The notes below the pieces were generated by a model that did not search any database, was not told the DNA's origin, and saw nothing but the letters and a program-made list of their open reading frames with translations. A stretch of DNA of 64,000 bases, taken from assembly GCA_035296565.1 (NCBI GenBank), contig DATHAQ010000047.1:1027-65026 (forward strand), in the 5' to 3' direction. Positions 47,258 through 57,179 of this stretch are shown piece after piece (the stretch's first letter is position 1; the number at the start of each line of letters is the position of its first letter). Made by a program: the position numbers and the translations under genes. The DNA is from Thermoleophilaceae bacterium. Lineage in GTDB: Bacteria; Actinomycetota; Thermoleophilia; Solirubrobacterales; Thermoleophilaceae.

Positions 47258-47713
47258 CTACGCGGCAAGGTGCACCGCGAGCTTCTCCAGGGCGGCGATC
47301 CAGCCGGCCTCGGCGGCGTCGCGGCCCGCCGGCGGGAGAGGCCCGTCGCTGAGCGTCATGCGCGTCTTGTCGCCGTGGTCGTGGAGCTCCACGCGCACGA
47401 CGGTGGGCTCGGGCATGCCCATCTCCGGCATCGGATCCGAGCGCAGCACGATCAGCTCCGGCTCCACGAGCTCGACGATGTCGTAGCCGATCGCGAACTC
47501 CGCGCTGCCGCCGCGCCGGACCATCGTGAGCTCCCAGCGCCCTCCCACCCGCAGGTCGATGTCGATGCGCTCGCGCGGAGCGCCGAAGTGCTCCGGGCCG
47601 TACCACGCGGCCACCTCGTCGGGATCGGTCCAGGCTCGGAACACCGCCTCGCGCGGCGCCTCGAAGATGCGCGTGATCAGCACCTCGCTGTCGGTGGGGG
47701 TCGCCTCACTCAT
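47258..47713 (-). CDS. SRPBCC/AHSA1-like domain protein
   Basis: ITRIFEAPREAVFRAWTDPDEVAAWYGP pattern. 8-nt overlap with the upstream arsR-type gene. Confidence 0.8.
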   Translation of the reverse strand: MSEATPTDSEVLITRIFEAPREAVFRAWTDPDEVAAWYGPEHFGAPRERIDIDLRVGGRWELTMVRRGGSAEFAIGYDIVELVEPELIVLRSDPMPEMGMPEPTVVRVELHDHGDKTRMTLSDGPLPPAGRDAAEAGWIAALEKLAVHLAA

Positions 47714-48038
47714 CCTTCGCTCCCTTCTGGCGCAGGTGCTCGTCGAGCCGGTCCATCCGGTCCTCCCAGGTCCGCTTGCGCGACTCGATCCACACCACCG
47801 CCTCGTCGAGCGCGTCGGCCTGCAGGCGTCGCGGGCGCCACTGGGCCTCCCGGCCGTGCGCGACGAGCCCGGCGCGCTCGAGCACCTTGAGGTGGCGCGA
47901 GATCGCCGGCAGGCTCACCGAGAACGGCTCGGCGAGCTCGTTCACGGTCGCCTCGCCTTCCGCGAGCCGGGTCAGGATCGAGCGTCGCGTCGGATCGGCG
48001 AGCGCGGCAAAGGTGAGGTTGAGGTCGTCGGCGGGCAC
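47706..48038 (-). CDS. ArsR/SmtB family transcriptional regulator
   Basis: FAALADPTRRSILTRL ... SLPAISRHLKVLERAGLV. GTG start. This is the common ArsR-SRPBCC gene pair. Confidence 0.85.
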   Translation of the reverse strand: MPADDLNLTFAALADPTRRSILTRLAEGEATVNELAEPFSVSLPAISRHLKVLERAGLVAHGREAQWRPRRLQADALDEAVVWIESRKRTWEDRMDRLDEHLRQKGAKDE

Positions 48039-48049
48039 GTAACGCTTTG

Positions 48050-48059
48050 GTTAATTAAC
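48050..48059. promoter_or_regulatory. Perfect palindrome GTTAATTAAC 11 nt upstream of the arsR-type GTG
   Basis: It is the only AT-rich patch in a 35-nt spacer (48039-48073). Confidence 0.3.
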
Positions 48060-48073
48060 TCCCTCATTAAACA

Positions 48074-49405
48074 CTAGCTCCGGCGCAGGGCGCGATAGAC
48101 CCAGCGCCCCGCGCTGCGCACCACTGCGCCGGGCCCGTCGCTCTCGCGCCGCCGGGCGGCGATGAACGGGTACTGGCCGTAGGTGGCCAGCGCGAGGGCG
48201 GCGCCGTACTTGCGCGGCACCGGGCGCTCGGGGTCCAGGCAGAAGTCGATCAGCGGACGGGCCGCGACGGGCCAGCGCAAGGCGTCCCGAGCCACCGCCG
48301 GCTGCTCGGGGCGCTCGTCGAGCAGGCGCGCGCAAGCCGATGCGAAGCCCTCGTCGTCGCCTGGCGCCACGGTCGCGCCGAGGCCCTCGCGCTCCACCAG
48401 CTCGGCCACCGAGTCGCCGCCGCTGGTGACCACCGGCAGCCCCGCCCAGATGTAGTCGAGCACGCGCGTGCGAAACGAGAAGCGCGCCTCGAGGTGGTCG
48501 TGGTGGGCGGAGACACCCAAGTCGGCGTCCAGCAGGTAGCCCGCTCGCTCGTCGTACGGGGTCCAGCCCTCCTTGAAGTGCACCCGGTTGCCCTCCAGGC
48601 CCCGCTCGCGCGCGAACTCGATAGCCGCGGCGGCGCCCGACGGCACGCGCTCGGGCGCCGCGGAGGGGCGATCGATTCCCAGGAAGAACAGGTGAACCGC
48701 GCGGCCGTGGTCGTTGAGGCGCTCGACGGCCCGGATCGGCGTGAGCGCGTCCAGCCAGCGCCAGATCCCCCCGCCCCAGATCAGCACCTCGTCGCCTGGG
48801 CCGATGCCCGGCCAGGCCCCCTTGAGCGGCCGGGCGGCGGCTCGGGGCGGCTCGCTGGGCACCCCGAACGGCACGACGTCCACGAACTGGCGGTAGGTCG
48901 GGTCATGGCGATAGGCGCGCAGGTCCACCAGGCCGGCCATGCTCATGCCCCCCAGCCAGAGGTCGCGCTGCTTCTCGCTCGCGCAGACGACGAAGTCGGC
49001 GGCGGCGCACTGGGCCATGACCGTCAGCGCCGTCTGGCGCACGGAGGCGGTGGCGCGCAGCTCGGGCTCGCGCGCCGCCGCCTCCAGGCCCTCCACGACG
49101 ATCGGGTTGTACAGGTCGGCCACGTAGCGCACCGGCAGCCGGCGCACGCGGCGCAGGAGTTGCGCGGGCAGGCGCTGGGCCACCACGACGTCGTGGCGCT
49201 GTAGGGCCTCGTGCAGAACCTCGAAGTCGGCCATCCCCGCCTCGAGGAGCCCGAAGGGCTCGCCGTCTGCCCGGCTCGGCGCCGGCGCGGCGAGGGTCAC
49301 ATCGCACTCCGCGGCGAGGGCGCGGGAGAGCTCCAGCGCACGGATCGCCGGGCCTGCGATCCGCTCGCCCACCGGCTCCTGGGAGACCACCAGCACCCGT
49401 GTCAC
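48074..49405 (-). CDS. GT-B fold glycosyltransferase (GT4/GT1-like)
   Basis: 443 aa. N-terminal RVLVVSQEPVGERIAGPAIRALELSRAL and a C-terminal GLPVVTSGGDSVAELVE nucleotide-sugar binding pattern. The GTG start overlaps the upstream stop. Confidence 0.75.
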   Translation of the reverse strand: MTRVLVVSQEPVGERIAGPAIRALELSRALAAECDVTLAAPAPSRADGEPFGLLEAGMADFEVLHEALQRHDVVVAQRLPAQLLRRVRRLPVRYVADLYNPIVVEGLEAAAREPELRATASVRQTALTVMAQCAAADFVVCASEKQRDLWLGGMSMAGLVDLRAYRHDPTYRQFVDVVPFGVPSEPPRAAARPLKGAWPGIGPGDEVLIWGGGIWRWLDALTPIRAVERLNDHGRAVHLFFLGIDRPSAAPERVPSGAAAAIEFARERGLEGNRVHFKEGWTPYDERAGYLLDADLGVSAHHDHLEARFSFRTRVLDYIWAGLPVVTSGGDSVAELVEREGLGATVAPGDDEGFASACARLLDERPEQPAVARDALRWPVAARPLIDFCLDPERPVPRKYGAALALATYGQYPFIAARRRESDGPGAVVRSAGRWVYRALRRS

Positions 49406-50055
49406 GCCGGCGCCCTCGCGATCAGCCGGGTGAAGAAGAGCGGCTTGGCCAGCCCCGCGCGGTGCAGCCAGCGGTAGGGCGGGCGTAGCACGCCGGGCAG
49501 GATCTGCGCCGCCAGGCGGGCGTCGACAGGCGCCACCTGCTCCACGTGGCTGGTCCCGAACACGCCGTCGAGGAGCTCGCTGAGCGAGGCGACGGTGAAA
49601 GCGTGGCGGTGGTCGAGGTCGAGCATGTGGCTGAACTCCACCGGCGTGCTGCCGAAGCTCTGGGTGGCGTTCGGCGTACTCAGCAGCACGTTGCGCCGCG
49701 CCACCCTGCGGGCCTCGGCCAGCAGCGCGGCGGGCTCGTCGAGGTGCTCGATCACCTCCAGCATCAGCACGCTGTCCACGGCATCGTCGGGCAGCGGCAA
49801 CGTCGAGCCGTCGTAGCTCTCCGCCTCCACGCCAAGGCTGCGCGCGCGCTCGACGTAGCGGTCCGAGACGTCGAGGCCCCGCACGGCGAAGCCCCGCTTG
49901 CCCAGCTCCAGGCTGTAGCCGCCGAGCCCGCAGCCAAGGTCGAGCAGCTCGTGCCCGGCGTGGGCGGCGGCGAAGTCGACCAGGGCGTGGTCGACCTGCT
50001 CCAGCGGGTCCGCGTCGAGATACCAGCTGCGGCTGTCGCGCGGCCCCCGCGGCAT
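49402..50055 (-). CDS. Class I SAM-dependent methyltransferase
   Basis: ATG 50055. Motif I LLDLGCGLGG and post-I VRGLDVS, then VLMLEVIEHLDEP. Confidence 0.85.
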   Translation of the reverse strand: MPRGPRDSRSWYLDADPLEQVDHALVDFAAAHAGHELLDLGCGLGGYSLELGKRGFAVRGLDVSDRYVERARSLGVEAESYDGSTLPLPDDAVDSVLMLEVIEHLDEPAALLAEARRVARRNVLLSTPNATQSFGSTPVEFSHMLDLDHRHAFTVASLSELLDGVFGTSHVEQVAPVDARLAAQILPGVLRPPYRWLHRAGLAKPLFFTRLIARAPA

Positions 50056-50060
50056 GGCGC

Positions 50061-51476
50061 TCACCGGCGCAGGCCGGAGACCACGGAGCGCGCGCCCGGG
50101 CTGATCGCCAGCAGCAGGCCGAGGTAGATCGCGGCCCCCAGCGGGGCGAGCGCGAGGAAGGGGCCCTCGCGCAGGGGCCAGAGCGCGACGCCCATCGCCG
50201 CCGCGGCGGCCAGCGCCGGCAGCAGGATTCCGGGCGAGGGGAAGAAGCCGAAGTTGCGTCGCATCAGCAGGTAGGAGCCTCCCAGGATGAGGACCTCGGA
50301 GGCGACCGTGATCACGGCCGCGGCCACTATGCCGTAAGCCGGCACGAGCGCGAGGTTGAGACCCACGTTGAACGTGAGCCCGAGCACGTTCAGCCACAGC
50401 GCGCTGGCCTGGCGCTCCTTGGCGATCAGGGCGTAGCCGAAGACCCCGTTCACCCAGGCCAGCGTTCCCGCGGCGAGCAGGATCTGCAGCGGCTCGACCG
50501 CCTGATCGAAGTCCTCCCCCGCCACCAGCTCGATCAGGCGCGGGGCCAGGATCGCGCCGCCGACCACGACCGGCACCCCGGCCACCAGGAACAGGTCCCA
50601 GGACGACTGGATGGCCGGGCGCAAGCGGCGGTCCTCGTCGGCCACGTAACGCGAGATGACCGGGAACGAGGCGGTGAGGAACACGGTCCCGCCGGTAAGG
50701 ACGAACTCGAGGATGCGGTAGGCGAGCGTGTAGAAGCCCACCTCGTCCACGGGTCGCAAGAGCGAGATGATCAGCGTGTCCGCCCGAAAGTAGAGCGCGT
50801 TGATGGCCAGCGCCAGCCCCAGTGGCAGGCTCGCCAACAGCAGCGTCCGCCACACCGCCCGGTCGCTGAGGAAGCGGATGCGCACGAGCCGGCGCGACAG
50901 CACCACCGACACCATCAGGGTGGCCAGCGCCCCGCCGGCGGCCGCGCCCATCACCGCGAAGAAGCCCAGGTCCAGCGTGGCCACCAACACGGCCAGGCCG
51001 AAGGCGATCGCGCGGCCGACGACATCGGCGCTGACCGAGCGGCCCATTCGCATCTGACCCTGGAAGACGGCCGTGAGCGAGCCGTTGAGCATGCCCAGCA
51101 GGAGCGGACCGCCGGCGAGGACTATCGCCAGCCGCACGTCGGGCTCGTAGGGCAGCAGGAGGCTGATGGCGACCGCCACGACGATCGTGACCAGCGACAG
51201 CAGCAGGCGCAGCGTCAGTGCGTTGCCCACCAGGCTCTCGGTGCGCGAGGGGTCCTTGCTGATCTCGCGCACGACGGTGGTGAGCAGCCCGACGTCCGCG
51301 AGCACCGCGAACAGCTGCATGTACATGAGGGCGAGCGTGTAGCGCCCGTAGTCCGACGGCCCCAGGTAGCGCGTGAGCACCGCGATGGAGGCCGCGCCGA
51401 TGGCCAGGACCGCCGCCTTGCCGGCCACCTGGACCGCCGTGTTCGACGCGACGCGCCGCCGATCCGAGTCGGTCAC
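50061..51476 (-). CDS. Polysaccharide flippase (MOP superfamily, Wzx-like)
   Basis: 471 aa with about 12-14 TM segments. N-terminal NTAVQVAGKAAVLAIGAASIAVLTRYLGPSDYGRYTL is typical of the Polysacc_synt family. Confidence 0.85.
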   Translation of the reverse strand: MTDSDRRRVASNTAVQVAGKAAVLAIGAASIAVLTRYLGPSDYGRYTLALMYMQLFAVLADVGLLTTVVREISKDPSRTESLVGNALTLRLLLSLVTIVVAVAISLLLPYEPDVRLAIVLAGGPLLLGMLNGSLTAVFQGQMRMGRSVSADVVGRAIAFGLAVLVATLDLGFFAVMGAAAGGALATLMVSVVLSRRLVRIRFLSDRAVWRTLLLASLPLGLALAINALYFRADTLIISLLRPVDEVGFYTLAYRILEFVLTGGTVFLTASFPVISRYVADEDRRLRPAIQSSWDLFLVAGVPVVVGGAILAPRLIELVAGEDFDQAVEPLQILLAAGTLAWVNGVFGYALIAKERQASALWLNVLGLTFNVGLNLALVPAYGIVAAAVITVASEVLILGGSYLLMRRNFGFFPSPGILLPALAAAAAMGVALWPLREGPFLALAPLGAAIYLGLLLAISPGARSVVSGLRR

Positions 51477-51496
51477 GGCGCTTAGGCTGCCAGGCC

Positions 51497-52969
51497 GTGC
51501 GGCCGTGGATCGCGTACGGGCTGCTGTTCCTGGGCGCTGCCGGGCTCTCGGGCCTGACCGTGCTGAATGAGCTCAATCCGCACGATGAGGGCCTGATGCT
51601 GCAGGCCGCCGCGCGCATCGCCGACGGCCAACTGCCCTATCGCGACTTCTGGTGGAACTACGGCCCGGGCCAGCCACTGCTGCTGGCGGGGCTGCAGGAG
51701 CTGTTCGGGCTCTCGCTGTTGCCGTGGCGCGTGCTGCGCGTGCTGCTCGACGCCGGAGTGGCCACGCTGGCCTTCGGCCTTGCGCGGCGAGCAAAGGCCG
51801 GGACCCCGGTCGCCCTGCTGGCCTGGCTGGCGGCCGCGCTGGCCATGGCCTCCCCCACTCTGCCGAGCCCTGTCCCTGCCGCGACCGCGCTGGCACTTGG
51901 AGCAGTGCTGGTGGCCCGTGGTTCGCCGGTGGCCGCCGGGGTGCTCGCCGGGTTGGCGCTCGCCTTCCGCATCGACCTGGGTCTCGCCGCCGTGCTGGGC
52001 GCCGCGGTCTCCTCCGCCGAGCGCGACGAGCGGGCCGCCCTGCGCGCCGTCGCCTCCGCAGCGGTGGCCGCAGCGATCGCCCTCGGTCCGTGGGTCCTGG
52101 CCGGCGGAGCTGGTCGCTTCTGGGACCAGACCATCGGCTTCGCCGCGAACCTCCAGGACCTGCAGCGCCTACCTCTGCCCGGCGCATGGGACGGCGGCGT
52201 CGACCCCGGGCGGATCCTCGACTTCTACGCGCCGTACGTCCTCTTCGCCGGCGTGCTGCTGTGGGTCGTCGAAGCCGCCCGGCGGCGCCCGTCGCCGACC
52301 GAGCTCGGCGCCCTTCCGCTCGTGGTCGCCGGGGTCCTCTATCTGCTGGCCCGCGCCGACGAGTTCCACCGGATCCCCCTGGCCGCCGTGCTGCCGGCGC
52401 TGCTGGCCGCCGCGGTGTGGCGTGCGCGCGCGGCTAGCCGCGCGTTCGCAGTCGTGCTGGCCGTCCCGCTGGTGCTGTTGGCCCTCAACGGCCTAGACCG
52501 CCTGCGCATCGACCTCTTCACCGGCCCACCAAAGCAGCGCGTCGACCTACCGGTCGCCGACGGCGTGCGGGCGCCCACGCGCGAGGCGCGCGACCTGGTG
52601 GCGCTGCGCCGCGAGGTGGGCCGCCTTGTGCCGCCCGCCCAGCCGGTGTTCGTGGCCAACCCACGCCACGACCGGGTGCGCGTCGGCGACCCATTGCTCT
52701 ACGTCCTGCTCGAGCGGCCGAACCCGACCCGCTACGACGTCATGCAGCCGGGAGTGGTGACTACGGAGCAGGCGCAGCGCGAGATGGTCGCCGACCTGGA
52801 GAGCGTCAGGCCGGAGGTCGTGATCCGCTGGGTCAGCCCGGTGGCCGACCAGCGGGAGGACAACGGCTCGAGCCGCTCGACTGGCATCCGCATCCTGGAC
52901 GACTACATCGCGCGCTTCTACCGCCGCGCGAGGCGGATAGGCGACTTCCTCGTGCTGCAGCGGCGCTAG
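51497..52969 (+). CDS. Polytopic membrane protein, GT-C-like glycosyltransferase candidate with C-terminal soluble domain
   Basis: Acidic first-loop motif (NPHDEGLMLQAA) after TM1, many TM helices, and a roughly 150-aa hydrophilic C-terminus. The fold assignment is an inference. Confidence 0.55.
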   Translation: MRPWIAYGLLFLGAAGLSGLTVLNELNPHDEGLMLQAAARIADGQLPYRDFWWNYGPGQPLLLAGLQELFGLSLLPWRVLRVLLDAGVATLAFGLARRAKAGTPVALLAWLAAALAMASPTLPSPVPAATALALGAVLVARGSPVAAGVLAGLALAFRIDLGLAAVLGAAVSSAERDERAALRAVASAAVAAAIALGPWVLAGGAGRFWDQTIGFAANLQDLQRLPLPGAWDGGVDPGRILDFYAPYVLFAGVLLWVVEAARRRPSPTELGALPLVVAGVLYLLARADEFHRIPLAAVLPALLAAAVWRARAASRAFAVVLAVPLVLLALNGLDRLRIDLFTGPPKQRVDLPVADGVRAPTREARDLVALRREVGRLVPPAQPVFVANPRHDRVRVGDPLLYVLLERPNPTRYDVMQPGVVTTEQAQREMVADLESVRPEVVIRWVSPVADQREDNGSSRSTGIRILDDYIARFYRRARRIGDFLVLQRR

Positions 52970-53032
52970 CGGCCCCCACGCTGCCTAGGATCGCTGTCCG
53001 GTGGCCAGCGCGGCGGTAGCACGAGATCGCTC

Positions 53033-54994
53033 GTGGAACTGATACGCCACTGTCTGCTCGTCATCGCGGCGGCCGCCCTCGGAGCCGCCTCCCTACGCGT
53101 CGCCGCTCGAGCCGGAGCCGACGGCCTCACTCGAGTAGTGGCCGCAGCGCCCTTGGCAGCCTCCGTCGCGATCGTGCAGGCTCTCGCGCTCGGACTGGTC
53201 GCCCTCGGGGCCGACTCCCTGGTCCTAGTCGCGGCGGCGCTGGCCGCCTGGGTCGCCGTGCGCATGCTGGTCCCCGTGCCCCGCGTCTCGCTCGGCTCGG
53301 CGGTCGCCGCCAGCTGGCGGGCGCGGAGCCGACCCGAGCAGATCGCCCTGGGAGCCCTGGCCGGGCTCTCGCTCGCCTGGACGGTGTGGCTTCTGCGGCA
53401 CCCGTCGATCGGTTTCGACTCCTCCCTCTATCACTACACGCAGGTCGCTCAGTGGCTCGAGAACGGGCGCCCCGGCTCCCAGGGGACGATCAGCCATGGG
53501 CTCCCGTTCGGGAGCTACCCGCTCACCAGCGAGGTCCTGCAGGCGTGGCCGACAGCCATCGCGCGGAGCTTCGTACCGCTCTCCCTCCTCCCCCCGCTCA
53601 CCTGGCTGCTCTTCGCGGGCGCCGGATGGCTCGCGCTTCGCGAGCTGGGGGCGCCCAGGCCGGCCACCGGCCTCGCACTCGCCGCGGTACTCACAACCCC
53701 TTGGGTGGTCCGCGAGCTCAACGAGCCCCTCGGCGACCTGGCCAGCCTGGCGTGGCTCGCCACGGGCGCGGCCCTGGTTCTCGCGGCGCGGCGAAGGCCT
53801 CCGCTGCTCGCCGGCGCGGTGGTGGCCGCCGGGCTCGCGGTGGGAGTGAAGACAACCGCCCTGGTGCCCGCGCTCGCGCTTCTCGCCGTGGGCGGCTTCT
53901 TGCTTCGCGGGCGCCTTCGCCCTCTGGCGCGACCGCTGCTGGCGGCAGCGGTGCTGGCCGGCGTGACGGGGGGCGTGTGGTACCTGCGCAACCTGTTCCA
54001 GCACGGCTCGCCCACGTGGCCGTTCATGGCAGCCCCCTGGGGCGATCCGGTGCCTCCCTTCGTCGACCTGATCGACACCCGCTTCAGCCAGCGGCCGCTC
54101 GCCACCCTCGACGGCCGCCTGTCCGAGTACGCCTCGGTGCTGGCGGGCAGCATCGTCGGCCTCGTCGGTGGGGCGCTCGCCCCGGCGCTGTCCCGGCGGC
54201 GGGCGGTCTGGATCGCGGCGGCAGTGTCGGTGGGGAGCCTCGTGGCCTGGACGCTGGCTCCTGTCACGGGCCTGAGCGAGACCACGGACGTCCCGGGCAT
54301 CGAGTTCTGGTCGCTGTCGACCACGCGCTACCTGCTGCCCGCAGCGACGGCGGGGGCCGCGGCGCTGGCGCTGGCCGCCCGGGCGGGGCGCTTCGCGCGC
54401 GGTGCCGCGCTCGGTGCGCTGGCCGTCGCCTGCTTATGGAATCTCGCGGAGGTCGGTCAACTCGGCCTGCCCTTCGTCCCCCGCGCGCGGGTGCCACTGG
54501 CGGGCATCGTCGCCGGCGCTGCAGCGGCCGCCTGCCTGCCGCTGCTCCGGGGCCTTCCCCGTCCGCCCCGGCGCCTGGGGCAGGCCGCCGTCCCGGCGGC
54601 TGCCCTCTCCGCGGGGCTGCTGATGGCCCTCGCGGCGCCCGGGTACCTGGAGCGCCACGGTACGGTCCGCGACTCGACGTCGGTCGACGGCCGGCGGCTG
54701 ACGGTGTGGTTCGCCCGACAACCGGCCTTCGAGCACGACGACGAGCCGGTCTACACGGCAGGCCGCTTCCTCAGCGCGCAGCTCGCGGGGGCCGGCTTCC
54801 AGCATCGGCTCGAGCTGCTGCCGCGCGACGCGAGCTGTCGCGAGGTGGCGCGCGCGGCCGAGCGGGGCTGGCTTGTCGTGCAGCTGCGGGTGACGCGCGG
54901 CGTGCTCGGCGTGGACCGCGTGCCGGCGGCCGACTGCCGCCCACCGTTCCCGCCTCTCTATGACGACGGCGCTTTTAGGGTCTACGCGCGATGA
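53033..54994 (+). CDS. Polytopic membrane protein, GT-C-like candidate (paralog of 58802-60799)
   Basis: 653 aa. Shared blocks with the paralog: SIGFDSSLYH, GVKTTAL, YLRNLFQHGSPTWPFMAAPWGDPVP, TTRYLLP. Confidence 0.55.
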   Translation: MELIRHCLLVIAAAALGAASLRVAARAGADGLTRVVAAAPLAASVAIVQALALGLVALGADSLVLVAAALAAWVAVRMLVPVPRVSLGSAVAASWRARSRPEQIALGALAGLSLAWTVWLLRHPSIGFDSSLYHYTQVAQWLENGRPGSQGTISHGLPFGSYPLTSEVLQAWPTAIARSFVPLSLLPPLTWLLFAGAGWLALRELGAPRPATGLALAAVLTTPWVVRELNEPLGDLASLAWLATGAALVLAARRRPPLLAGAVVAAGLAVGVKTTALVPALALLAVGGFLLRGRLRPLARPLLAAAVLAGVTGGVWYLRNLFQHGSPTWPFMAAPWGDPVPPFVDLIDTRFSQRPLATLDGRLSEYASVLAGSIVGLVGGALAPALSRRRAVWIAAAVSVGSLVAWTLAPVTGLSETTDVPGIEFWSLSTTRYLLPAATAGAAALALAARAGRFARGAALGALAVACLWNLAEVGQLGLPFVPRARVPLAGIVAGAAAAACLPLLRGLPRPPRRLGQAAVPAAALSAGLLMALAAPGYLERHGTVRDSTSVDGRRLTVWFARQPAFEHDDEPVYTAGRFLSAQLAGAGFQHRLELLPRDASCREVARAAERGWLVVQLRVTRGVLGVDRVPAADCRPPFPPLYDDGAFRVYAR

Positions 54995-56436
54995 GGCCGC
55001 GGCTGAGTCGTGCCGCACTGCCGGTGATCCTGGTCATCGCGCTGGCGCTGCGCCTGGGGGCGATGGCTGCCACCGATCCGTACTCGCCCCACGGGGATGC
55101 AATCGATTACCACGCGCACGCCCTGTCGCTGGTTCAGGACGGCCAGTACCCGGGGACTCTGTTCGCCGGCTTGGACGAGATCATCGTGCGCGGCAACGAG
55201 GCGCCGACGATCTCCGAGCGCACCACTGCGCCGTCCGCCTACCGGCCGCCGACCTACCCCTACCTGCTGGCGGCGGTTTACGCGGTTTCGGGCAACAGCT
55301 GGACAGCAGGCCGGCTGACCAACGCGCTCCTGGGAGTCCTCGCGGTGGCCCTCGTGTTCGTGATCGCTCGCCGCCTGTGGGACCGGACCGTGGGCCTCCT
55401 GGCCGCGGGCGTGATGGCCGTGGCCCCGCCACTCGTCTACCTGAGCGCGTCGCTCATGTCCGAGCCGCTCTTCATCGCCCTGGAGCTCGCCGCAGTGCTC
55501 GCGGTGATCGTGCACGGGCAATCCGACCACCGGCTGCGCTGGGTCGTCGCCGCCGGTGCGCTCTGCGGCCTGTGCGCGCTGACCCGGGCCAACGGCGTGG
55601 TCCTGATCCCCGTGGGCGCTCTGGGCATCTGGGGCTACGCGCGCTCAGACGGCCGCAGCGCGCTGAAGCCGGTGGCTGTGCTGGTGACGGCGAGCCTGCT
55701 CACGATCGCCCCGTGGACGATCCGCAACGCGCTGGTGATGGACCGGCTGGTGCCGATCTCGACCCAGGCGGGAGCGGCGATCGGCGGGTCCTACAACGCC
55801 CTGGCCGAGCGCGGCGGGCTGCGCGCAGGGTGGTTGCATCCGTTGGCCGTACCCGAGTTCCAGCGCGAGGTGTTCCGGAACAAGCGCTTCAACGAAGCTG
55901 ACGTGGAGCGCGAACTGCGTCGCCGCGGGATCTCCTTCGCGCTCGACCACCCCGGGTATGCGCTGGCCACCACCTGGTGGAACTCGCTGCGGATGTTCGA
56001 GCTCGCCGACCTCGGGCGCTACCGCGACGTGTTCCAGCAGGAGCGCGCGCTGGCGGGCATCGATCGCGACCTGAGCCGGATCGGCGCCTACGTGCTCGCG
56101 CTGCTGGCGCTCGGCGGCGCCGTGGTCCTGGCGAACGGTCCCCGGAGGCGGCGCGGCGCGTGGTTCGTCTGGCTCCTGGCCGCCCTGCTGTTCCTGAGCA
56201 CGGTTCCCCTCAACGGTTCGCCGCGCTACAGGGCCCCCGTGGACCCCTGGCTGGTGCTGCTGGCGGCGGCGGGCGTCGTCGAGGGGGCGCGAAGGCTCTC
56301 GGGGCGGCGGGCCAGCACGACGTACTCGTCGCCCAGCGTGAGCGAGAGCGGCAGGCGGTCGGGGACGAGCCGGCCCACGGCCGCCGCGAGCGCTCCCGCC
56401 GCTCCGCCCCGTCCGGCGGCGCCCGAGAACCAGTAG
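54991..56436 (+). CDS. GT39/ArnT-like (PMT_2) GT-C glycosyltransferase
   Basis: The ATG overlaps the upstream stop (ATGA). GDAIDYHAHA loop, YRPPTYPYLLAAVYAV, RLTNALLGVLAVALVFVIARRL. The last approximately 50-70 codons overlap the convergent methyltransferase gene and may not all be real. Confidence 0.75.
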   Translation: MRPRLSRAALPVILVIALALRLGAMAATDPYSPHGDAIDYHAHALSLVQDGQYPGTLFAGLDEIIVRGNEAPTISERTTAPSAYRPPTYPYLLAAVYAVSGNSWTAGRLTNALLGVLAVALVFVIARRLWDRTVGLLAAGVMAVAPPLVYLSASLMSEPLFIALELAAVLAVIVHGQSDHRLRWVVAAGALCGLCALTRANGVVLIPVGALGIWGYARSDGRSALKPVAVLVTASLLTIAPWTIRNALVMDRLVPISTQAGAAIGGSYNALAERGGLRAGWLHPLAVPEFQREVFRNKRFNEADVERELRRRGISFALDHPGYALATTWWNSLRMFELADLGRYRDVFQQERALAGIDRDLSRIGAYVLALLALGGAVVLANGPRRRRGAWFVWLLAALLFLSTVPLNGSPRYRAPVDPWLVLLAAAGVVEGARRLSGRRASTTYSSPSVSESGRRSGTSRPTAAASAPAAPPRPAAPENQ

Positions 56437-57179
56437 CCGGCCGAGAAGGTCCTGACCAGGGGCCGCCGGCCCACCACCTCGAAGCCCGTCTCGTGGAGCA
56501 CGCGGCCCAGCGTGCTGCGCGGCAGGAGGTAGGCGTGCGCTCGCAGGTAACCCCACCAGCGCCCGCCCGCCAGGCGCGCCATCCGCGAGGCCGGATCCGG
56601 CGAAGCCGTCAGCAGGACGCCCCCGGGCCTCAGCAGCTCGACGCAGCGGGAGAGGGCGCCTCGCGGATCGTCGAAGTGCTCGATCACGTCCGCTAGGACG
56701 ATCGCGTCGAAGCCGGAGTCGTCGTCGAAGGCCTCCAGCGGGACCTCCCTGACGTCCAGGCCCAGCCGGTCGCGCGCGTGGGCCGCCGAGGACCGGGAGA
56801 GGTCGAGCCCCACGGTGGCCCAGCCCCGCTTGCGCGCCTCGTCGAGCAGGATGCCGGGGCCGCAGCCTGCGTCGAGCAGCCGCCCCCCGGGCACCTGCTG
56901 CTCGATCTGGCCCAGCAGCCGGCGGGCCGTCCGGCGGCGTCCGTCCTCCTCGTCGAGATAGCGCTCGTCGCGCATGTCGCGGTACAGGTCGTGAAGGGCG
57001 TCGCCGGCCGGGAGCGCCGGCTGGGCCACCGTGCCGCAGCGCTCGCAGATCCAGAGGTCCCCGTAGACGCCAGGGTCGTGGTTGGTTGGAGCCAGCTCGT
57101 CGGGGGTGGGCGGCCCGCCCGTGCCGGCGTAAAGCAGGCGCGTCGGCCCCCCACAGATCTTGCAGCCGGCCGCCGTCAC
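56226..57179 (-). CDS. Class I SAM-dependent methyltransferase with N-terminal CxxC...CxxC zinc ribbon
   Basis: GTG 57179 overlaps the GT2 stop (GTGA). CKICGG...CERCG, motif I LLDAGCGPG, then VLADVIEHFDDP. Confidence 0.8.
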   Translation of the reverse strand: MTAAGCKICGGPTRLLYAGTGGPPTPDELAPTNHDPGVYGDLWICERCGTVAQPALPAGDALHDLYRDMRDERYLDEEDGRRRTARRLLGQIEQQVPGGRLLDAGCGPGILLDEARKRGWATVGLDLSRSSAAHARDRLGLDVREVPLEAFDDDSGFDAIVLADVIEHFDDPRGALSRCVELLRPGGVLLTASPDPASRMARLAGGRWWGYLRAHAYLLPRSTLGRVLHETGFEVVGRRPLVRTFSAGYWFSGAAGRGGAAGALAAAVGRLVPDRLPLSLTLGDEYVVLARRPESLRAPSTTPAAASSTSQGSTGAL

